A stretch of DNA of 63,758 bases, counting the filler, from Octopus bimaculoides (Eukaryota): assembly GCF_001194135.2 (NCBI RefSeq). It is 5 parts of 4 records of this genome, joined end to end, with 100 filler letters (N's around TTAATTAATTAA, not from the genome) between each part and the next. Parts side by side here need not be neighbours in the genome. Positions count along the whole stretch, not along the records: positions 52,237 to 61,476 come from NC_068984.1; positions 61,577 to 63,758 come from NC_069001.1; 3 more parts are not named here. One strand, written 5' to 3'. A program made the translations under genes and the position numbers. The notes under the pieces were generated by a model. It saw nothing but the letters and a program-made list of their open reading frames with translations. It had not been told where the DNA came from and searched no databases. How positions within the stretch are numbered: position 1 is the stretch's first letter; each line of letters starts with the position of its first letter. Below, in pieces: positions 54,744-63,758 of this stretch.

Positions 54744-55538
54744 TCATACATATTTCATCATCATTTCTATATTCCATCTTGGTATGGTGGGGTGGGGCTG
54801 ATTTGATAGGACCTGATCAATCTGAAGGCTGCATTATGCTCCAAAGTCTACTTTGGCATGGTTTGGATTTTTGGCTGGATACTCCTAATGCAAACTACTC
54901 TATGGAATGTATATTGTGCTCTTTACATGGTACCAGAACTAGTGAGGTCACCATACAGTCTACAAGACTAAGGTCCCCTTTAATTGAGGCTACTGTAGAG
55001 AAAGAGGAGACTTTATCCTGTGGGATGAGGGGGTAAAAGTGAGAGAGAAGGGTCCAGAACAGAAAAGGTTTCTTACTGTAGAGGAGCTACAAGGTTTTTC
55101 AGGTTATAGGAGAAAAGTGGGAGTGGCCAGTGTGGAGCTCGCAAAAGGTAAAAGAGATGATGTAAGGGATTATCCTCAAGATATGAGATGAGTAGAAGTG
55201 AATGAGAACTGATGAACAGAAAGTTTGGATGGATAGAAGTTGTAAGAGTGAATGGGAGAGTGAGAGACGGTTTGGGATAGGGAATGAGTAAATATGGGAA
55301 TATAAGGAAGAACAAGTGTTGAGGGATGCGAAATAGAGAAGATAGATGACAACTGTAGAAATTGGGTTGGGTTGAGGGATAACCAGTGAGACATATGAGT
55401 TGAGACAAGGTAGATGAGAAGAGATGACTGAGAGTGTAAAAAAAGGGATGAGAAGCAGTAGAATAGAACTCCTACTACTGCTGCTATGATAACTACTACT
55501 ACTAACAACAACAACAACAACAACAACAATAATCTACC

Positions 55539-55699
55539 CAGGAGTGGCTGTGTGGTAAGTAGCTTTCTTACCAACCACATGGTTCTGGGTTCAGTCCCAC
55601 TGCATGGCACCTTGGGCAAGTGTCTTCTACTATAGCCTCGGGCCGACCAAAGCCTTCTGAGTGGATTTGGTAGACGGAAACTGAAAGAAGCCCGTCGTA

Positions 55700-55762
<63 letters not shown>

Positions 55763-55985
55763 GTATGTGTGTGTATATGTTTGTGTGTGTGTTTATCCCC
55801 CCCACCAACATAGCTTGACGACCGATGCTGGTGTGTTTGCGTCCCCGTAACTTGGCAGTTCAGCAAAAAGAGACCGATAGAATAAGTACTAGGCTTACAA
55901 AGAATAATTCCTGGGGTCGAGTTGCTCGACTAAAGGTGGTGCCCCAGCATGGCCGCAGTCAAATGACTGAAACAAGTAAAAGAGT
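55539..55985 (+). mobile_element. SINE family A, near full length
   Basis: Colinear with the 28229 copy; internal (TA)n. Confidence 0.9.
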
Positions 55986-56000
55986 ATAACTATAAAAGAG

Positions 56001-56067
<67 letters not shown>

Positions 56068-56796
56068 ATGTTCCTTATGCATTCCAAAACCGAGTTGCCA
56101 TTTTTGACGTATGGGGTATCAAAAGATTCAATAAGCTTTTGGCTACCAACTAAACTATATTTTCATTCACTTATTTGCATTACAAAAATTTAAGATTATC
56201 ATTTTTCTCTTAGTTACCTATTGTAAATGACATCTTATACCACCACCACCACAACAACGATGACATCACATTTTCTATATGTATTCGCACGTTCGTTATG
56301 TGCATTAGGCTAATGACTGACAAGTATATGTATGTGACGGTGTTTGTGTCTGTCAGTATACATACATTTTTGTGATGACTGACACACACACACACACATC
56401 TAAAGACACAGACAGACACACACAGAGACAGAGATAGGCTTGAGGTGTGCATTAATGTATGTCTGTGTGTGTATGTGTCTTAGTATATGTAAGTGACTTC
56501 CCCTCCCCCCCACTCACCCACCCAACAGTGAAACATGCTGATATTGAAAGTTACAACAACTAGATTTCATTAGAAAGTGAAAATAGTTTCACACTTTCCA
56601 ACTTTGAGGGTTATAATAAAACATAGCCACTGCTTATTATCTATCTACCAAATAAGCTATGTTTTACACTGAACAACTCTTTTTTACAATTAAAATAACC
56701 TCAGCAACTACACGGGTCGCACAATCTTTACTTCCAACTATTTATGTACATGTATATGAAAGATAATGTATGCGTGTGTGTATGTATGTGTGTGTG

Positions 56797-56854
<58 letters not shown>

Positions 56855-57369
56855 GTGAGTGAGTGACACATACATGCAAAAAAATTCATACATCACAACA
56901 TACACCTTCACTCACAGACTCTCTCTCATACATGCACGTCCATTTCATATACACATACATCTTTCACTTTCTCTTCTCTTTTACTTTCTCCTCTCACTTC
57001 AAAGCAAATGTTGCTTTTTCACTTTATCCTCTCTTTCAATTTCTGCTCTCTTCAAAGCATAAAGAAATTAAAAGAATTTTATGGAAACTAATGAACAGTC
57101 ATATGATCCCATATATGTTGAGTTGACTACTTTGTTTCTTCAAATGAAAGAATGCCATAAAATAACTTCCTTTGACACACACACACACACGCATACACAC
57201 TCTCTAGGTAAAACTTGTGTGTGAATTATGTTTTTTCTTGCAGTGTGCACAAGCAAATTTAAAGCTCACATCCTATTGAAATGATCTTTTTCTATTATGT
57301 AATTTGTGTTTGTGATGAGCATACTTAAAATCCTAATCTTTGATATAAACTTAAAAAACTATTCCCAAC

Positions 57370-58140
57370 TGCAAGGTCTTTTAGTTCCTGTATCTTTCTT
57401 CTCCATATCATCTTTTGTTTCTGTGTCAACCAAGCTCTGATTCTGAAGTCACTATAATTTAAGCTGCGTAGTCTATTCTTCACCAGGAAAGGTTTTGGTA
57501 TTTACAATAGCCTTTGTCTCATTTCCTAGTGAGAATGTAATCTCTCTAACTTGTGTGTTTGCCAGATTAGTAGGTGATGAGGAGGTTGACTGGTTTCTTA
57601 AAGTGTGTTCCAAATTGTTAGATCAGCTGCTTCACAGTGCTCCAGGAACCTTACACCTTCCTTGTTTCTTGAATTATACCCATAGCTTCCATATATGTCC
57701 TGGAAGCCATCAACATATTGGCCAGCATGTCCATTGAAATCACTAGCCATAATAATAAAATCACTGTCAGTTGTCATTGAAGTAGTCTGCAGGAGATTCT
57801 CATAAAAGCAGTCCTTCTGTTCTTCTGTCAGACCTGCCTACAGAGTGTATGCAAAGATAAATATTACTGCTGAGTTGCCTATAACTAGCCTCATATTAGC
57901 TATGCTCTCACACACCCTGACTGCCTCAATTACTTTATCTATTCCTTTCTCAGCTAACAATAAGCCTACCCCATGCATGCTGTCATTGTTACCAAAAGAA
58001 GTTGTACTGCTGTCTCATGCCTGTGAGGAGTTTGGTTAAGGATTCTTTCCATCTTACCTCTTGGACACAGTACACATATACTTGTCTCTGGTCCAGCATC
58101 TCCACAAACTCACCAGACCTCCTTTTCATCATACCTATGT
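57370..58140 (-). mobile_element. RTE-clade LINE 5' fragment (apurinic endonuclease), degenerate
   Basis: Minus-strand reading gives CVQEVRWK, LLLAEKGIDKVIEA, KDCFYENL, SDFNGHAG...GYNSRNKEGVRFLEHC with stops. Confidence 0.8.
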
Positions 58141-59495
58141 TTATAACTGCAATCTAAAGTTAAGAAACCAACAGAAAGAGAGTGGATGTCTTAAATGGTA
58201 AAGCTGGTTGTTGGTTCATTACAGTCCAACCGCATCTGTACCTCTGAAGAATAATAAAATTTGGGCCATGCTTTGTCAGCAGTTGGTATATTTACATACA
58301 TGATTATATTCTCCAATACATGCAGTATATGCTACAATAGCTGCTATTTAATCTACTATCAATCAATATATATATAAGCATATATTCCTGATGTCATTGA
58401 GAATGCCATTGTTATGTGTATTTGCCATAACTTTGTATTACTATCATTGGCAGGATCCTAGTGCAATGATAGCTGTTTCTGTTACATAAAACACATGAGC
58501 TATGGCAGTGGATACAGAGGTCAGAGAGGTGGAAGGTTAAGATTTTTTTCCTAATTAGGGGAGGGAAGTGAGAAAAAGTTCCAGTATACTTGGTGGTAGG
58601 GATTACATTGTGAACAAGCAAGCCCCAGATTTTAGTGAGAGAGAGAAATACATTAAAGAGTACAACTTAACACAAACTAACCAAAGGATAAGAAAGAAAG
58701 AAAGAAAGAAAGAAAAAAAAAAGAAAGAAAAATTGCACAAAGGGCAAATTTAACACATAAATAAGGTAGTATGAGTGAACAAATGTTGTTGAGTTAAGAG
58801 AAAGAAAAATAATTAGAAATAAGTGCATCTTAGCATGTTTTCCATTTATCATATAGTTGACTGGTAAGAATGCAGGTGGCCAAAGTGAGATAAAACAGAA
58901 TTGGAACATTTATAGGAGCAATGAGAAAAGGCACACAAACGGGAGACCAACAGACTTGAAGAGGTGGTGGTGTGGGGGTGTTGCTTTTAATACACATGAG
59001 CCCCTAAATTTCATGCCAGAGTAACAAGCCCCAAAGTTTTAAGGGTATTGCAAAAAGCCTGGTTGGAGGCCCAACCTTCCAAATTCTTTTACAGGGTTTA
59101 GAAAAACTGAAGGACCAATGCATTAAGTGTGAATCTGAGAGGGGGATATGTTGAATAAAATCATAATTAACTGATCCTCCTGTATTTTCTTTCATCCAAA
59201 GCCAGGAACTATTCAGCACCCCCTCGTACATACATATATCATCATCATCATAACATCCACTTTTCCATGTTTGCATAGATCAAACAGAATTTGTTGAGGC
59301 AGATTTTTTATAGCTGGATGCCCTTCCTGTCACCAGTCCTCATCTGTTTCCAAATAAGGTTATAATTCCCAATGTCCAGACTTGTTTTTGCAGATTATTG
59401 GAAATGAGCAACATATCTTGACAGTGATAACCATTTACAAATATCACATGGTGCCAAAGCAGGTAGACACAAACCACAAATATAATGTATGTATA

Positions 59496-59545
<50 letters not shown>

Positions 59546-59548
<3 letters not shown>

Positions 59549-59833
59549 TCATCATCGTTTAACGTCCGCTTTCCATGCTAGCATGGGTTGGATGATTTGA
59601 CTGAGGACTGTTGAAACCAGAATGCTACACCAGGTTCCAATCTGATTTGGCAGAGTTTCTACAGCTGGATACCCTTCCTAACGCCAACCACTCAGAGAGT
59701 GTAGTGGGTGCTTTTACATGCCACCGGCACGAAGGCCAGTCCAGGGGCACTGGCAACGATCTCGCTTGAAAGTCCTTACACATGCCGCAGGTACAAGTGC
59801 CAGAAAGGCGACGCTGAGCATAGGTGCCATCAC

Positions 59834-59835
<2 letters not shown>
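59546..59835 (-). mobile_element. RTE-type 3' UTR repeat, (CAT)n-headed on + strand
   Basis: catcatcatcgtttaacgtccgctttccatgctagc...ctggatacccttcctaacgccaacc; related copies near 5820-6060, 6290-6620, 10598-10648, 51150-51400, 59230-59470. Confidence 0.75.
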
Positions 59836-59870
<35 letters not shown>

Positions 59871-60653
59871 GTGTGTGCGTGTGTGCGTGTGTGTGTGCGT
59901 GTTTGTGTTTGTGTGTGTGTTTGCAAAGTTAGTGGTTATAATAACCGACCAAGGGATAAAATATTCAGATATACTTTCAGTGTCCGTTACCCGTGTAGAA
60001 ATCCGTGCAAAGTAATCCTTGCGTGGGTAATCCGGAATTTTATGTTGGAGCGAAAGCTGATATAGCAGAGATAACAGAGGTACATATATTCCATATTGCG
60101 ATGGGTTTTTGCTTGTTTACTTGGAGAATGGCCAAGCCAAGTGAAAAGTGATCGGTAATTAGGTCAAGTCATGAAGACAGAATGTGAAAGGGGATAGAGG
60201 AGAGATAGAGGTGGAGGATGGTTGCGATATATTTATGGTCAGTTGGTCTTAATAGGGTAGAGGGGGCGAGCATATAGAGTGAAGGAGGAATAGAGGGATG
60301 AGGTTAAAAGGTCTAGTGAGTAGGAAGGGATGCGTGTGTGTAGTATATAGGTGGTCGGGGTATGAGTGATAAACCAAGGACAGAGATAAAGGGAAGGGAT
60401 GGGTGGGAAAGGTAGTTAGTAGTATCATATTTTAGGATGCTGCCAAGCCTATTTATAGACGGTGGAAAGGGATTGAAAGAAGTGACGTAGTCTGCATGCG
60501 TAGGTGGTGGTCTTGTGAATTTGAGAATAGAAGAAATAGATTTGGTGGTATATGTGTGGTGAGATGATCGAAAGGAAATAATCCTATTCAAAAGATGGTG
60601 AAAGATGGATGTTTTTGCCAGGTTGAATAGGTTGCCTGTGGGGGGTTGTGTGA

Positions 60654-61475
60654 TTATGTTGCGTGATCGTTTGTGCAATTTTGCTTGTGATAGAACCTAA
60701 ATGTGTGAAAAGAGCGGTGGTTGCAGTTGCTAAACGCTTCGTTATATCGATTAAGTAGAGTGGGAGAATTGTATTTTAAAATATGGAACGCCTCCGTTAG
60801 GCAAAGCTTGCAATTGGAGCGCTGGCCCTGGTATGGAGTTCCAGAATCTAAGATGGACCATTTTAAGGTGTATTGGGTATTTTTGTTTTTGAGGTGATGA
60901 ATATGATTGGCTAATGTTGTAGATTTACTGTGTTTGTCGTATCTAAAAGAGTGCATATGGGCTGCGTAGCGATGTTTAAAGTTTATAGTTGCACTAATGT
61001 ACGTGGCAGTAGAGTTATGTAATAGATTTTTCACGGTGCATTTATATATTACATTGTACCTTACGCAATGTGTTTGAAGCGGACAGATTGTCCCGGAGCG
61101 ACAGTTACAAGTGTAGGAGGCTAGAGGGTTGCGTATGCTTGTGGTTGAGTTATTATTATTGGAGGATATGTTATTAGGGGATGTGAAGGAATCTAGATCA
61201 GTGGAATTATTGTTATGGCTATTTGTCCTATCAGTGTTATTATTGGTATTGTTATTGTCTAGAATATTAATGGGTTGGGATCCATTGTGGTTTTGTTCCA
61301 GTGTACGAGCGTTAGTGTTAGAAGAACGTATATTGATGTCCGTGTTGGGTGTATGTGTGGGTCGGGTGCTGGTGCTAGCATAGTTACGGTTGCTTAGGTT
61401 TTGGTAATAGAGCGAGAGTTTATGTTTGTTAGAAGCTGCTATAATAGATTCAAAGTTAGGAGTGGTAGAATACGA
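60654..61475 (-). mobile_element. Penelope-like element, C-terminal ORF with GIY-YIG endonuclease (runs into gap)
   Basis: Hand translation is open from the gap edge: SYSTTPNFESIIAASNK...(N/T/S-rich)...CNCRSGTICPLQTHC..NVIYKCTV...YISATINFKHRYAAH...CKLCLTE...LLNR..E...CNH. Confidence 0.85.
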
Positions 61476-62249
61476 TNNNNNNNNNNNNNNNNNNNNNNNN
61501 NNNNNNNNNNNNNNNNNNNNTTAATTAATTAANNNNNNNNNNNNNNNNNNNNNNNNNNNNNNNNNNNNNNNNNNNNATATATGTATGTGCGTATATGTTT
61601 GTTCCCCCCAAATCGCTTGACAACCAATGCTAGTGTGTCTATGTCCCTGTAACCTAGCGGCTCGGCAAAAGAGAGAGAGAGAAAGAGACAGGGAGGGAGA
61701 GAGAGAGAAAGAGAGAGAAAGAGAGATTTGTGTTTGTGCCTCCACCATCGGTTGACAACCGGTGATGGCTTGTTTACGTCCACAAGACCGATAGAAGAAG
61801 CACCAGAGTCTTAAAATGACTAAATACAAGAGTCAACTGCGGCCATGCTCGGGTTACGCTCGAGCATGGCTGCAATCCAATGACTGAGACAAGTAAGCTA
61901 TAGCGGTTAGAAAAGATATCTCTTAGTAGGTGAGGAACATCTCAAAGGCCCTCCTCTTTCCTTTCTTCCTTTCTTTCTCTCTCTCTCTTTCTTTTTTTTA
62001 TGCCAACAGCTTTAATCAGCTTTAATCAAGAACGAATATATCCAAGATTATAAAAGAGTGGTATTAAGTATTACATCCGTATTAATGAAGAGCATTTGTC
62101 AAGAGAAAACGGGGGGAAAAAACGAAAATTATTACGAAAACTTAAATAAACAACTACATGTACCCGGGGTATACAGAGTGCTGCACTCGGGTGTGTAGAT
62201 TTTCATCACGTAACGAAAGTAAGACTACGGAAGAAGAAAAACAATAACT

Positions 62250-62754
62250 ATTTTGATGATGAAGATAATGGTGATGATGATGATGATGATGATGTTAATG
62301 ATGATGATGATGATGATGATGATGAGAGTTGTTATTAGTAGTGGTGGCAATAGTGTCGACGATGCTGCTGCTGATGATGATGAGAATAATGGTGGGGATG
62401 GCGGTTGTGGGAGGTGGTGGTGATGATGATCATGGTGATCATGATTATGATAACGGTGGCGATGGAGGGGGTTGAGGGTGATGGTGGGGGTGATGGTGGG
62501 GGTGATGGTGGAATGACGACGACGATGATGATGTTCATGACGATGATGATGACGATGATGATGATGACGAAGATGATAACGACGATGACGATGATGATGA
62601 TTGTGCTAATGGTGGTGATGATTATGATTACGACGATGACGGCGCCGACGGAGACGATTATGTTGATGATGACGGCCACGATGATGATGATGACGGCCAC
62701 GATGATGATGATGACGACGACGACGCTGATGAAGATATGGAAAAGAAAAAGACG

Positions 62755-62809
<55 letters not shown>

Positions 62810-62860
62810 GAAGAAGAAGAAGAAGAAGAAGAAGAAGAAGAACAACAACAACAACAACAG
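62250..62860. repeat. Degenerate (GAT/GAC/GGT)n tract followed by (CAA)n(GAA)n
   Basis: Directly visible; frame breaks at G-runs. Confidence 0.9.
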
Positions 62861-63195
62861 TAACAAACACGGGTAGCGGGAGCAGCACCAGTAAGACCGA
62901 GAAACTATTTAGCATCGCCAAGGAGGTCTACGGTTAGAGAAGTGAAACAGAGAAAAAAGAATAAATTTAAATAAAAAACAAAAAGAGAGACGGCACAAAA
63001 GATGGATGCGTTGCGGATGGGGGTAGATAGGGTGGGGGTGGTGGTGTTTATTTAATTTTATTTTATCTTTTGCAGTGCGTTTTGTTGTCTTTATTAAATA
63101 AGATATTGAAAATTAAATTAAAAGAGACAAAATCAAATAGACATACACCCATACATGCATACGTGTTTACGTATATATGTATATTTGTGCATATA

Positions 63196-63228
<33 letters not shown>

Positions 63229-63234
63229 GGATGA

Positions 63235-63272
<38 letters not shown>

Positions 63273-63758
63273 GAGAGAGAGGCATGTAGGTATGCCTGTC
63301 TATATTTATGTATATATAATAATAATAATAATAATAAGAAGAAGAAGAAGAAGAAATGCCTAAGATTTACCGCTGGATGAATTAATAGAGATAGAAAGAC
63401 AAATTAGATAAGTATTATATGTGTGTGTTTTGTATATGTGTATACGTATATTTATATATACACATACATACATGTGTGTGTGTGCGTGTGTGTGTGTATG
63501 TATGTATGTATATATGAGCAGATGCTTGTACGTTTCTGCTTACAAAGAAGAGGTGAAATACTTCAATAGAAAAACAGAATATTAATATTTATTAAAGAGC
63601 TGATTCTATTCGCTGTTTTTGCTCCGAGTTTCGCGTGTACCGCTGATCGTGTAACTAAATATAGGGATACACAAAAAACACTTATAACAAGCAATATACT
63701 TAGTCACCTATTAAAAGCAATTGAAACTAACAGGAGAAAGAATGTTTATTTTTACTTC

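Noticed and set aside
62506-62937. Asp-rich open frame resembling acidic shell-matrix proteins
   Set aside because: Degenerate (GAT)n tract, broken by G-run frameshifts, with no signal peptide or convincing splice sites; similar tracts occur elsewhere in the window.

Overview
Eukaryotic, AT-rich, microsatellite-saturated draft-genome scaffold with many N gaps. The repeat families and composition point to an octopus/cephalopod genome (inference). Two spliced + strand genes are supported. (1) The 3' part of a very large gene (exons 150-1344, 4299-5689, 6805-7492, 8474-8590, possibly 10367-10474) encoding repeated FN3/Ig-like modules. (2) An animal heme peroxidase-family gene (7 phase-consistent exons, 36717-46202, about 436 codons). 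Its N-terminal half was not found, and it has unusual substitutions at conserved heme-pocket residues. The rest is transposon debris: four tRNA-derived SINE families, RTE, CR1 and R4/Dong LINE fragments, a Penelope GIY-YIG ORF, Tc1/mariner relics and MITEs, piggyBac-like and Tigger-like MITEs, a Helentron-like insertion, a Gypsy integrase relic, a C2H2-ZNF relic and decayed hammerhead-like cores. Most ORFs in the supplied track are artefacts of N-runs and microsatellites. I could not establish a new biological system; the best leads are the altered peroxidase, the Penelope ORF and a possible hidden third gene. Repeat boundaries are approximate and all family assignments come from motif recognition by eye, not database searches.
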